A model generated the notes under the pieces. It did not search any database. It saw only the letters and a list, made by a program, of their open reading frames with translations, and was not told the origin of the DNA. A stretch of DNA of 63,893 nt, counting the filler, from Kipferlia bialata (lineage: Eukaryota), in the NCBI GenBank assembly GCA_003568945.1. It is 3 parts of 3 records of this genome, joined end to end, with 100 filler letters (N's around TTAATTAATTAA, not from the genome) between each part and the next. Parts side by side here need not be neighbours in the genome. Positions count along the whole stretch, not along the records: positions 29,485 to 58,771 come from BDIP01000138.1; 2 more parts are not named here. The stretch is one strand, 5' to 3'. Position 1 is the first letter of the stretch. Each line of letters begins with the position of its first letter. Positions 37,834-51,163 of this stretch are shown piece after piece. A program made the translations under genes and the position numbers.

Positions 37834-40800
37834 ACCATGCTGGTGCTGTTCCCCACCATGCCTGACAACCTGGCCTCTCTGCTGCCCTCCAATGCGCAGG
37901 GTGCAGATGGTGATACTAGTGACCAAGCAGGCGAGGAAGGGCCCCGTGGGTCTGAGAGTGAGGCAGAGGAGTCAGATAGTGAGGGACTGCCGGGTCTAGT
38001 CATCAGGGGAGCCAGCACGGCATCATGTCTCAAGTCGGAGAAGAGAAAGGAGAGGGAGAGAGAGAGGCAGAGGGAGAGAGAGAGGAGGGCAGCGGGCGTG
38101 AAGAGCAGTCTCTGGACTGGGTCTGGGTCTGGGTCTGGGTCTGATAAGGCCAAGGCAGAGGGGACAACAGGGGCAGGGCAGAGGCAGACATTCGGGGCAG
38201 GTGAGTGAGTATCAATCTCTCTAATGCATCTTATGCCGCCACAATGACTGTATCCATATTGTATATATACCCCCCCCCCCCTCTCTCTCTTCCAATACCC
38301 TGGCTTCTATGTATCTCACCCCCAGGCCCGATCGGCCACATCTTCACCCCGACCACCTCTGTGACCCCTGCCTTTGGACCCATAGCAGACGGGTGGTACA
38401 CAGTGGTCAGGCCAGACCTCACCAGGTACACATGGCTATGTCTCCATGGTGTATATACCCTTCCTCACCCCAGGAGTGTGTGCACCCTGCCCGTTCTGTC
38501 TCTCCCCCCGGCCAGACTCCCCTCCTTCCTGGCATCCTCTGTCACCAGAGTGGCACTGTGCTTTGCATCCCCACAGCCAGTGGCCAAGCTGGGTCTGCTC
38601 ATCAGGGTGTGTTTACATATCTATGTGTGTGTGTTAGTGTATTTGTGGTTGATTCTCAAGCTGGGTCTGCTCATCAGGGTGGGTCGGGTGTGTATACATC
38701 ATAATGTATTTATATGAAATGATGTATGTGTATATGTTCCAGCTGGTCCTACTCATCAAGATTGTGTATGTGTGTGTATGTGTGTATTGATATTCCATTA
38801 GGTATAGTGTTGTTTTGGTGGGTATGTCTCACCCTCAGAATGCCCAGCGCCACAACAGCCCTCTGTCCAGGCCGTCCCTCACCCTGTCTAGGTACTATGA
38901 GATACATATATATATCCCAGTTACACTACCCAGTAGTATACCATAGTATATAGGTACAACTCAACGTCATAGTACACTGACGCCAGGGATGGGATGAGAC
39001 GGTCTCAAAGGAGAGGGGATCAGATGCGGGAGAATGGAGAGAGACACACATATACCAAGAGTGCTGACGAGGGGGAGAGAGAGGAGGATGTGCCAGTAAT
39101 TAGACAGAGCAGTGCTGGGGGCATGCAGAGGAGTGGTACTAAGACAGGGGGAGAGAGAGAGCCAGGTCAAGACATGGACGAGGATGAGATGGAGGCCGTA
39201 CGACGCACGGTCTCTCTCCCTCAACACAGGTATAACTCTAAGTCAATATTCGGAAGTGTTAGCGTATCAGTGCTTCTATTGTTCCACCCCCTTCTGACAC
39301 CAGTCACAGTCGTGGAGGCCTAATGTTCCCCAGGCGTGGAATCGATGAGACCTATGGGTGCGTGTTCTCCTTTAGTGAACATCTCTCTCTCTAACATTAT
39401 ATGTATATATGTGTATGTTTTCATATACCTCACATCAGAAAGCAGGGTGTGAGAGGCGACGTCAAGCAGCACCAGTTGAGAGAGAGAGAGCGTATCCTGC
39501 GTCAGATGGAGGTGAGTTAAGCATAATTGCATAACGTTGGTAGTTTCAATGTATCTAACCCCCAGAATGATTCTGAGAAGAGAGAGAGAGGGGATGGGTC
39601 AGATATTGATACTGGAGACGATACCGATGAAGACCAGACTACTTCGTCAGCCAGTATTGAGGGAGGATTGCGCAGTGGGGATGAGGGGGAGACTGAGACG
39701 GATAGAGACACTCGTCCCGCACCAGTGCAGGTATTATTGTATTATATGTATATATATATATATTATAATATATATTATAATATATATATTATAATATATA
39801 ATATATAATATATTATATTATTGGTGTTCCATCCCATACAGTATGTATTAGAGATATGCCCTCACCCCAGATCCCCTCTGACCCCGACGCCTCAGAGTCA
39901 TTACTGGAGGCACCAGAAGGCACAGTGCTAGGGTACGGCGTCATACACATATACAGTGTACAATTCTTTCTGTTAGTAACTTGTGAGTCCACCACAGCCT
40001 GCCTCACCCCCCAGCGACATGACCACCACCTTTGACTGGGACCCCATCTCATGCACAGCCCTGGTCAGACCATCTAGGTGCATACATATGTATATATATA
40101 TATTCATACTCTCTCTTGGTCCCCCATCTATGTATATGGAATGGACATTAGTGTGCTAACTAACCCTCTCACTGTCAGGGATGGTGACAGGGGCATCGAG
40201 GGCAACATGGATGGGGACCAGCTGCCCAGGGCCACCACACACCACAACGGTATGTGCCGTCCTGCAGTGTGAATACTCTCTCCATACTCTCTGTATCTCA
40301 CCCTTTAGGTGACCGCGAGATACCCAAGGATGGGGCACCCATGTCATATGTCGATGATGTGTTCCAGTCAATGCGGGTATGGGCATCATTGCATGTATAT
40401 GTAGTATTTCCTCATGTAAGTGCATTCCCTCACCCTCCAGCGTCCCCAGTGCCTCCCCTCCCCTCTGTACTACAGTACATGTGGTGCTACCGCATCAGTG
40501 GATCCGGTACGTGGTGTGGATATATCATTCTCTATGTATGTCTGGATACTCACCTTTAGGGCAGGGTCAGAACGCTGGACAAGACAGACAGAGAGGCCTC
40601 GGCAATATTCCCACAGGTACTGCTACTCTCTCTCTCCCACCTGGAGACTTCCATCCACGTGTCTCTGTGTGCTATCTATACCCACACCCAGGCTGCCCAC
40701 CGTCCTGTCTTTGGGCCCCACAAGAAGGCTGCCTATGAGAGGGAACACCAGGCCATGAAGGTATATATACCAGTGCAAAATGGATAAATATGTGTATCCA

Positions 40801-43800
40801 CTTATCATACCTGCTAACCCCAGGGCATCCAGAAGAAGATCCAGAAGCGTTCCACCCTACATACCCCGTCTAGACCCCTTGGCGTGAAGGGGTCTGCATC
40901 TAACATGTCACTTCCCACTGTGACAGAGAAGCACGAGATGGAGGAGCGTCTCAAGGCCCGGAGCCGTAGTTTCAGAGCACTACCAGACAGTGACTCAGGT
41001 AATGGAGAGTCTTGTTGGTGTGTCCCTCTCTCTATATATGTGATTTATTGTGTTTCGTGCCAACCCCCCTCACCCAGACTCTGCAGACGTGTCCAAGGCC
41101 TTGGGTGAGGGCCCTGAGGGTGCCTCAAGAGGGTTCTCCAACAGAGGCAGGACAGGGGAGGCCGACTGGACTGGGGTGGAGGCTGTGAGGGTGCGTGCTG
41201 GCAGCATGGCAGGAGTACCCAACAGAGGGAGTCGCACCTTACTCGACAGTCCCCCCTCTGCAGTCCCTGCTGTCAGACAGGTATTGCCGGTGGGTGATAG
41301 CCCTATCACAGGCACCGCCCCATACACTAGTGCGTGTGGAGAGACCCCCAGGACCAAGGATGGCGAGGTCAGGCTGAGGTCCAGATCGCTGCTCTGTGCC
41401 GTGGCCATCGTTGATGTCAGAGGATTCACAGCCATTAGTGAGTGTCTTGGTCCTCAGACTAGTATGGTGTTTCTCAGGAGACTCTTTGCGAGGTATGAGT
41501 TCTGAGTTTCTCTCATAATGTAGCCATTAATACAGGAGTATGGACTCTATCTTTGCACCCTTGTCTTACATCTCCTCTCCCCCCCAGGTTTGTGTCTGTG
41601 TCTGAGCGCATGGGAGGTAGAGTGGTCAAGTTCCTGGGAGACGGAATTGTGCTCATCTTTAGGTGCCACATCACATCCCACTCGTGTGTTTTCACATATA
41701 TATAGGTCCTCCTAACCTCCTTTGAACATGGTATTAAGAGGTTAACAACATTCTCCTTTCTACTATTTGGTACGCCCTCTGACCCCTAGAACATGCCACC
41801 TTGCCCTGTGTGCAGTGAGTGCCCTCAATGTGGAGCTGACTCTGTTCAACAGCTACCTCAGGACACCACCAGGTATACATGCCCACATGCCACACAGAAC
41901 TACTCCTGCTATAGCATATATTGTATATTGACCCCCCCTTTTACCCCTTGCCCCCACCCCAGGCGAGGCCTCCTCTCTGGCTGGCACCCCTCTCGGCATG
42001 GACTCCCCTGACGATGCATTCACCATAGACCCAGACACGGCAGCACAGATCAAGGGCGAGATGGACGCAGGTAGAGCAATGTACTAGGGTTTAACCCCAT
42101 ATATGCGTAGGTGCTATCTATCTGGCGACTGACTCTCCAGGTCTTCCCGAGCTGAGTGTCGGTGCTGGTATCTCCTTCGGTATAGTCAGCATTGGCCCAG
42201 TGTCACCTGTCGGGAGCAGAGACCTCGCAGTGCCCTGTGAGGTTGGTATACCTATTGAATGGTAGTTATCACTTATATGTGCTCTATACTCATCTGACCC
42301 CAGGTGAGTATCATTGGGGGTGCCTTTGACGAGGCCTCCTCTCTTGAGCAGAAGACCAAGGCCCTGGGGTGCCCCATCCTAGTAGGACAGGATGTGGTGA
42401 GAAGGGCCAATGCCGAGGTGGCCATGGCCTGCAGGCTGATGCAGGTACATTATATACCTTCATTATTTACTATACATTCATATCATACCCTTCGTCTACC
42501 AAGGTCACCTCTCATCCCAGGGTGCCACTAACCCTGTCCTGCGGCCTCTTGGGTTCCACTCGGCTGAGCAGCGCAGACTGCAGCGCAAGAGGGAGAGGGA
42601 GAGAGAGAAGCGGAGAAGCCTCGACCGCAAGGCCCCTGGCCCCGGTGGTGTTCGCTCCTCCTCCCTCCCTGACCCCTCTGCCTCAGCAGGATGTACCCTC
42701 TGCAGCCAGGGGGCAGACAGCGACCAGTACAACGATGTCAAGTCCACAAGCTCAGGGGGGTGCAATGAGAAGGGAGAGAGAGACTCTGCCTGGTTCGAGA
42801 CTGCCAAGGAGCGGTACAGCGTGCCCTTCACTCTGCACAACAACAGGTATACTGCCCGTTCAGTTTTCTAGATAGCCTCCTTCACCTGATGTCACCTCTC
42901 TCTTTAACTCTCTCTCTCTCCAACACCAGGGTCTCCTCCTTCCTGATTGACCACACCTCTGTCCTCCCTACCTTCACTCGCTTCATGAGGGGGGCTATCC
43001 AGAGGACATTCCGCCCCAAGGTCAGTTGATTGTATTCGATATCATTACTGTGTTGCAAGAGTGTTCTTTCACCTTTTGTGGATACGTTGTTCACCCACTT
43101 CCTTTGTCTCACTCTAGTCCCACCAGTGTGTCCAGTGTTCCTCTGGCAACCACTCCCACACACAGGTATGTTGTATTCGCTAGATTCTCTATGCATAGCT
43201 TCAATAGTGGGACTGTGCTCTGATCCCACCCGCTTACCTCTCTAACATACAGTGTACCCACGGGAGTGAGAGGCACCGCCCCTCCAGTGGTCTCTACCAA
43301 TCGGATGATAGTGACGATACCGAGGTGTGTTTAAACACTACCTTTAGTACTTTATATATTCTGAATAATATGATCCATCAGTATATACTTACCCCTCAGG
43401 AGGATGTGCATGTGGTGGACGACATGGCCAACCTCTCAGAGAAGGATGCCTCAGCCTCACTGGACTGTGCCTCGTGTGGTGGGATAGGCATGGGGGGCAC
43501 ATCCACAGACAGCCAGCCTGCCCCAGAGGTGTCACCCCTTGCCGCCTCTTTGGATGCCTCTCTCACCCATGCAGTGGCCACATTCGATACATACCTATCA
43601 GGTGAGACGTTCTATATATTCGTGTAGTACTTATGTGCCATATGATCGGTATACTTGTTACTTATCCTCATATCCAGAGAACTTTGTCACGATGCCCCCC
43701 TATGCCCTTGCCCGTCTGATTGGCAAGCCCTACCAGTCCAGAGTGATATGCACAGACGGCCTCACTGCCATTGTACGTGTACTTAGTGACTAATAGTAGT

Positions 43801-44380
43801 TGTCCTATATTGTCGTTATGTTAATGAAATCTCTATCCTTTTGACTGACATTCAGGAGCGCGACCAGGAGAGGGAGAGAGAGAGACAGCAGGAGGAGAAG
43901 GAGAAGGCCCGCTCTGCTGGTGAGTCCAACTACCACAAGGGGCCAGTCCCCAGGGACGCCAAGTGGGACGACGCCGGCGGGACACACACTCTATACCAGG
44001 TACAGTTGGTGTGATTATATATACATATACTCTAACATGTACAAGGGTGCAGTTTGCAACTACTACCTCGCCATAACCAAACATATTCTTTACAGTTATC
44101 CCCACTAACCCCCAGGTCACTGCCCAGAGTGATGTCTCTGGGGCTGTGCTCCAGGCCAGCAGAGAGCTAGAGAGAGACGTGACTAGGGTCATGGACATCT
44201 ACGAGCGGTACCTGGACGAGAGGTATATATCAATACAACTCTCTACATGTATCATACACACTCTCTCTCTGACCTTCTCAGGGATGACTACAACGACGGC
44301 GTCCCCTTCCTGCCCAACTTCCCCACCCCCTTGGCCTGTGCATGTACCTATGTCGACGAGATGCCAGATGACGAGGTATG

Positions 44381-44418
<38 letters not shown>

Positions 44419-44477
44419 TACATATGTCTATGTCGATGAGATGCCAGATGACGAGGTACCTGTTATGGAGTATTCAG

Positions 44478-44529
<52 letters not shown>

Positions 44530-47500
44530 CCAGCTATATATATATTCTATGTCGATGAGATGCCAGATGACGAGGTACCCATTGTGAGAGATCAATTGTA
44601 TATTATTGGGATACGTTCAGTGAAATTCTATCTTGAGCCCTCTATCCCACACTCCTACCTTCCCTTCCCACCCCAGTATACCCAGTATGTGGAACTGATT
44701 GAGTCCACCATCAGACAGAGCAGGACCAAGCACTTTGCAGAGCACATCAGGTGCCAGCATCACATTCATACACTACTATATCATAGTATGGTAAATGCTT
44801 ACTCCAGGACTGAGCCATACCTCCTGTCAGAGGATAGGTTCGAGCGCTACCTCGCTGGTGCCATGGTCATTGCCAAGGTGGGTGCCACTATTGATATGTA
44901 TGTATTATTGATTCATACACTATAAGAAGAGTCACACTCCTAGTGTGTTCTCTCTCACCCCCAGATCTTCCGTGCCCACTACACCGTACCAGCTGCCTTT
45001 GTCCAGCCCACAGTCAGTCCCCTGGGGCCTGCATTCTGCCTCAGGTACCTATACATTACGGGGATATCAGTATTGTGTACATACCTGTCACTCACACCCC
45101 AGACTGATCCTCTGCCGCTGCATCCGAGCCTCTAGGGAAGAGCTGCAGAAGCAGGAGAACAGGAAGAGGAGGGCTGAGGCCCGGAGAATGAAGAGAGAGA
45201 GTTCACTCCTGCAGGTATTTCTCCTAAATAGCCCCAAGTGTGTGTATGTCTCTTCTACATGTACAGTGGATCTCACCTCCCAGAACAAGGTGCGCCGTGA
45301 GGAGTCTGTCCCCGCCGGTGCGTACAGTGTGGTCAGGACCAGTAGCAGCGGTGCACCAGTGGGACCCCAGCGTGAGTCGTCAGCCCCCTCCAAGCTGCCC
45401 AGGGATACCTCCAACACCATATCAGGTGCTACTACTAGCGACGCAGCCAGCCGCACCACATCAGGTGTGATGTCCAACTCCAGCCGCACCTCATCCAACC
45501 ACCACGGACTGGACTCTAGAGGCAACAGTACCACCAGCACTCTGCCCGCCCAGGACGACAGGCAGGAGAGAGAGAGGAAGCAGAAGGAGAAGGACCAGAA
45601 GGTGGAGCCTCCATTTGCCCCCGCTGCATATGGGCATCTCTACGGTCCCATCGCTGCCACCTACCCTGGGCAGTGCATATACTCCTGTGCTGGGTTCTTT
45701 GGCGAGATATGCATCCAGATAGCTCGGAGAGAGTGTATCCGTAAGGAGAGGGAGAGAGAGTACGTGCGCAAGGCCTGGGTGGAGCTACACGGAGACTCTG
45801 AGAGTGACACGGAGAGTGAGGGCCTGGAGTCATCGGAGGAGTTTACCGAGATTGAGGGTGTAGAGATCAGCTCAGAGCCTGAGAAGGCGGAGGAGAGCGA
45901 GGACATATGCGAGAGCAGGCTAGAGATGCTGGCTGCCCTGGAGAAGCAGCATGTGCCCTGTGTGTGCATCAAGTGCGGAGGTGAGGGGAGACTGTCATGC
46001 AATACAATATATATATATATATATATATATATACGCATTGTGCTTCCGAATCTCACCCCAGGAGTCACATCTGAGAGTGGTCCCAATAGGCGCAATCTGT
46101 CGACTCACCTGATCATTAGGGATGGACGTCCAGGTGAGGGTCTGTGAATCGTATGGGCTTGTGTATGTGTCTTCTTTTGATTACGTTCCCCTCATATCAA
46201 GGAGATAGGCAGGGCAGTCCGGATATTGTCTCCAGAGATGGGTCTGACGTGTCCGACGTCCTTGCCACCAGTCCCGAGTGTGTGTCTGACGCTGCCCCTG
46301 CCCGTACCCTCCTCAAGAGTGCGTCTGGTCTGTCTGTAGGCATGGTTGCCGCTGACTGTGAGAGGCAGGGGCAGAGGGAGAGGGAGAGGGAGAGGGAGGC
46401 CAGCGGTGGGGATAGCTCCCATGAGTCTGGTGCCGAGGCAGTAGGTGACACAGACCACACTGATGCCACGGACGAGGAGAGAGAGACCGACAGCGAGGAG
46501 GCTGGGTACGAGAGAGAGAGAGAGAGCTGGCGCATGCAGCGTGGAGAGAGGCGGGAGCGGCGCTCTGAGCTTGGTCTGGTCATGCGGTCGGGGCACTTCT
46601 TCGGGGGGTCCAGCCGATCCAGTCGGAGTGCTAGTCGTAGTGGGAGCAGCAGTGCCGCCAACAGCCGAGGTGCCATTGGTAGTCGGGGTTCATCCATAGC
46701 ATCCATGCGGTGGAGGTCTAGGTGCAGAAGGCGGGTGGCCTGGGAGGACTCGCCATTCCTCATGAAGGAGATCGACAGCGTCGTGTTCTCAAGGAAGCAC
46801 GCCAAGGAGGTGAGTGTCATTGTTCTTTTCTCTGTATCACTTCATTGCTTTGTGTCCACTTTTTGCATTACTTTTATGCATAGTTGTATACTTCTCTTAT
46901 TCTGATTCCAGCTGAGCATCAACCCGGACAGGAAGGACGAGGTAGCAGCCTCATTCCTATTCGAGGAGATCACCAGGGCCCTCCCACCAGCACAGGTATG
47001 CACGCTATATATGTGACGATTCACTGTCACTATTGGGTCCATCAGTATACCGACGGTTTTGTACTCATCCTCAGGTTCAGTTGGCCCGTGTCTCCCCTGT
47101 TTCGCCTAGCACCAAACCACGATTCGTCACCCCCCTCCTCGGGGAGAAGGGACTGTCCACGTCAGGTGCGACTCTTTGTACTAGTGAGTGTGACAAACAT
47201 GTATTCAAGGAGTTGTAGCTAACTGACCTCCAGAGTCTGTCCTTAAGGCAAGGGCTCAGGAGAGAGACAGGGAGAGAGACAGGGAGAGGGACTCCCTAGT
47301 GTCTTCTCCCATGTCCCCTGTGAGCATGAGAGTGGATGCCTCTGCACATGCACCCCAGACCATGGCACAGTATGTGGTGACTGACCAGTCAAGGTGTGTT
47401 ATAGTCCTTGTGCATCATATGTGTCTTTGAGTATTCATGGTGTTCCTTATCCCAGGTCGTTGACCAAAGTTGTCCCCAACCCACCTGCTCTGAAGACAAC

Positions 47501-50500
47501 GGCAGCTCTAGGTACTGGCTCTCCATCCATGTCTCTTTCTATCTCTGCATATATCCCGTCTTAAGCCTCTCTGACCTAGGCACCGCAGATGGGCGTCGTA
47601 TACCTGTGGACAGGCCACTTGTTTGCAGCATAGCAGACAACTCGGGTATGTTGTACCACTCTGGTCCTCACACTATTTTCATTAATATGTTACATGCTTG
47701 CGTGTGTCTCTTTCCCTCCCCGACCCCAGTCAAGTGCTCTGCCCAGGAGTGGATCAAGCCCTTGCTCGATGCAGGCCACCATCCCACCCCCCTCACCCTC
47801 TACCTGCCAGAGGTTCTCACACGGTATGTAGCATCTCTCTCAGCATATCATCATCTCTATCATAATATCATCATCTGTATCATCATCCAATATGAAGTAC
47901 AACATAGTTCGTATGTCTGATCTGTCACTGACCTCAGGTTCAACTGCACAGGTGGTAGGGAGGCCTTCCTGGATACAAAGGCATTCCTTCAGACAGCGTC
48001 TAGGTATGTGCGTGTAGTACAGTGTCGTTTCATACATACGTGCAGTTGGTGTATCAGCCTACTAGATCTAACTGTCAGACTCCATGTGTTCCTCCATGCT
48101 CCCCATAGGGAGAGACACACCATGGCCATCATACACAGTGTCAGTGACAGACTCAAGCAGCCGGAGGTGGGGATATGTGGCGGTGGATACCTTTTTGTAT
48201 TTGGAGTGATAGAGTCAAGCGCTCTCCCCCTACACCTTCCCCCTCCCTCTCTCTCACCCCAGGGCGATGAGCACCTCTGCCTGTTCGATGAGAGCAGAGA
48301 GCGCACTGGAATGAATGATAGGTGAGACATCAGTGTCAGTAGATATCCCTTCTATATGTAGCCGTACCCTTTCTAACCCCAGGTCCATCAGGGGTGACAT
48401 TCTGCCCTACCTGCCGTCCCCATACTCCCCCTGCGACAGAGAGAGGTACAACCATATATACAATAGTATTAGAGTGTTTTAGATCATGATACTAGTTTCT
48501 CTCCCTCACCGTTAGGTACCGCCACCTCATTGACGCTGTGTGTATGCAGCACGACAGCCACAACCCCTTTGTGGGTGCCGCCAGACCTCTTATCTGTCCC
48601 CCACCCTTCCCCGCCCTTGCCTTCTTGGACCAGGACCTGCTGGAGCACAGGTATTGGATATATAGTAGTACATTGATATATATATACATATACCTGCTGG
48701 AGCACAGGTACGAAATACGACTTCCCAAACATTTCAGTATATATTTGGTATCATTATTACATATATATGACTTCTCCATACTCTGATCCCAGGCACCGCA
48801 ACGGCCTAGCCCGTGACTTTGTGCGCTATGCCCTGTATGCCAGAAGGTGGACGCCCATGGTGGAGTGGTTCTGCGGCAGTCATGTCAACTGGTGGGTGTA
48901 TGTATGTATATATCATATATCACGATCTCTCTCCTATTTTCCGATCATGCCAATATGTGGGTATCAATATCATATACGTTGATCTTTCTCGTTTCCCCTT
49001 ACCCCAGTGCCATCAAGAACGATGTGGTGGCTGTTGGCATGGTGTGCAGAGAGGTGCCCAACCCTGTCGTCACAGCATGCGCTGAAGCAGGTATGTCCAC
49101 ACACTCAAATGCATGTATATCTGTGGCCTGAGTTTTGGATATTTATACTGCGACGGTGCCCTAGAGTAGTTCTCACCTCCAGGCTTCATCCGTATGTGCC
49201 GCCTCAACAGAGAGTACACCACCCTGGCAAAGAAGGTTCGGGGTTGACTCGCTCTGATGGGGTATTCTATCCACCCTCTCTACATACACTTTGTCGTATG
49301 TGTATTTAATACTTGTAATATTTTATATATTATGTGTCCTCTGACCCCAGGACCGGCCGTCCCCCGAGGCCAAGGAGTCCCTGCCTGACCCCCTGGCTGA
49401 TGATGAGTACAACAAGATGTCAAGGCGGGAGAAGGAGAGAGAGAGGCACAGGATAGAGAAGGAGAGGAGGGCACGCAAGAGGAGGGAGAGAGACCCCGTC
49501 TGGCAGAGGTACTATAACTGATATCACCTTCTATATATTCTCTGTATGTACAATCACAGTCACTATACTATATGTATGTGCATCTATATATAGTCACTCA
49601 CCCTAGGAAGGAGGCCCTTGAGAGAGCTGAGAGAGAGAGGGCAAAGAGGATCATCCGGTAAGGATTGTGTGTCATCACTATGCGATCCTACCTTCTTCCA
49701 TGTAACCTCAGGGACGAGCAGATTGAGCTCCTTGGGCGTGTGAGTGGCCTTGTCCACATCCCAGATGCCCTCATGGTACAGGTATCGGCATGTAGACACT
49801 CACTCTATATGCTACTTGTCATACACATATATATGTGTATATCCCTAGATACCCCCTGACCCCAGACGTCTGTGATGGGTGCCGGGTGTCTTGTGTAGTA
49901 TATGCATATGCTGATTCTACATGTGTATGTATACATACCCCCCCCCCCCTCTCTTTACCCCAGACGTCTGTGATGGGGGCCGGGTGCCTGACCGAGTCCT
50001 GGGTGGCTGGGGCAGTGGCAGAGTACCAGTACACAGCCAGACACGACCCCCTCGTGGCTCAGAGACGCGTCAACAGGTATGTCATGTGTATGTAGTATAC
50101 CTGTATTGTATGGTTATGGTCATCACTTACCTCTAGAGAGAAGCGCCGTGTCAGAGACATGCGCTTTGATGCCAACCAGAGGAGGGTGGAGAGGAAGAGG
50201 CAGAAGGTATGTGGATACATATGTATATATATATCAACCCCAATGCCTATTTCAAAGTGACAGTAAGAGAGTCCTTTACTCCACTCCGTCACTTATGATG
50301 ATACTGACACTGATATGCAGGATGCCGCTGATAAGGATAGACTGCGGCGCCTGGCTGCCCAGGCAGAGCTCCAGCGCCTTACTGGCATTGCCCCCTCTGC
50401 TAGTGAGAACGGCACTGTTCTTGTGTCTGGCTCTGGGTCTGGCCACAGACACAGACACCGGAGGGGCCAGACCTCCCACAGAGGCCAGGGGAGAGAGAGA

Positions 50501-50706
50501 GAGAGAGAGAGGTCGGAGAGGCACATGCAGAGGCAGGGAAGGTGGGTGGTTACATACGGTGTTGTCAGGGGGTATCACTATTGCCTATACTTCCATGATG
50601 CACTTACCGTAGAGAGAGGGTGAGAGAGAGAGACTGTGACAGACTCAGACCCCACAGAGGCACCGCGTTCACCGATGCCGTGCCCACTCACCATGCCAAC
50701 CTCTAG
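37834..50706 (+). CDS. Very large multi-exon gene (possibly more than one) containing a class III adenylate/guanylate cyclase domain and a possible RGS-like region
   Basis: Cyclase domain at about 41390-42420: VAIVDVRGFTAISECLGP...RVVKFLGDGIVLIF...LSVGAGISFG...VSIIGGAFDEASSLEQKTKALGCPILVGQDV. Same-strand exons continue on both sides. Gene ends are approximate. Confidence 0.7.
44348..44578 (+). repeat. Donor-side exon-edge echo array (exon plus 2 copies)
   Basis: CTATGTCGAYGAGATGCCAGATGACGAG|GTA at 44348, 44428 and 44547. Confidence 0.92.
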
Positions 50707-51163
50707 CGGGTCCCATACCCATCCCTCTCTAAGGACATACTCTCCCATCCACTGTCCATGTCCCGGTCTGATTCATGGCAGATGTTTTGTTTTTTTTTGT
50801 TCGTGAGGCATTGCTGGTTGTTTTCAAGCGCTTTTCCGGCCCCTGCAGCGATGTTTTGTCGCAGCAAGTCGTGGCCCCTATTATACCTTCGTGATAGGTT
50901 AATAGGGGTGAAAAGCCAGCACTGTATGTCACCACCACCACTCTTTCAGTTTCCTTTCAAGTCCAGTGGTGTGGTTGATAGTCACAAGTTTAGTTTATTG
51001 TGTTTGTCTTCTACTTTGTCCAGAGTACGGATCTAGATTCCTTCAATAGATTGCGGATAGTAATAGGGTGTATATATGGATGCAGGAGCCTATACTGGTT
51101 CAAGTTAAAGCTATTAACCTAGATCAACTTCGAGCCATACGTTGTCTATTCAATACTTGAATT

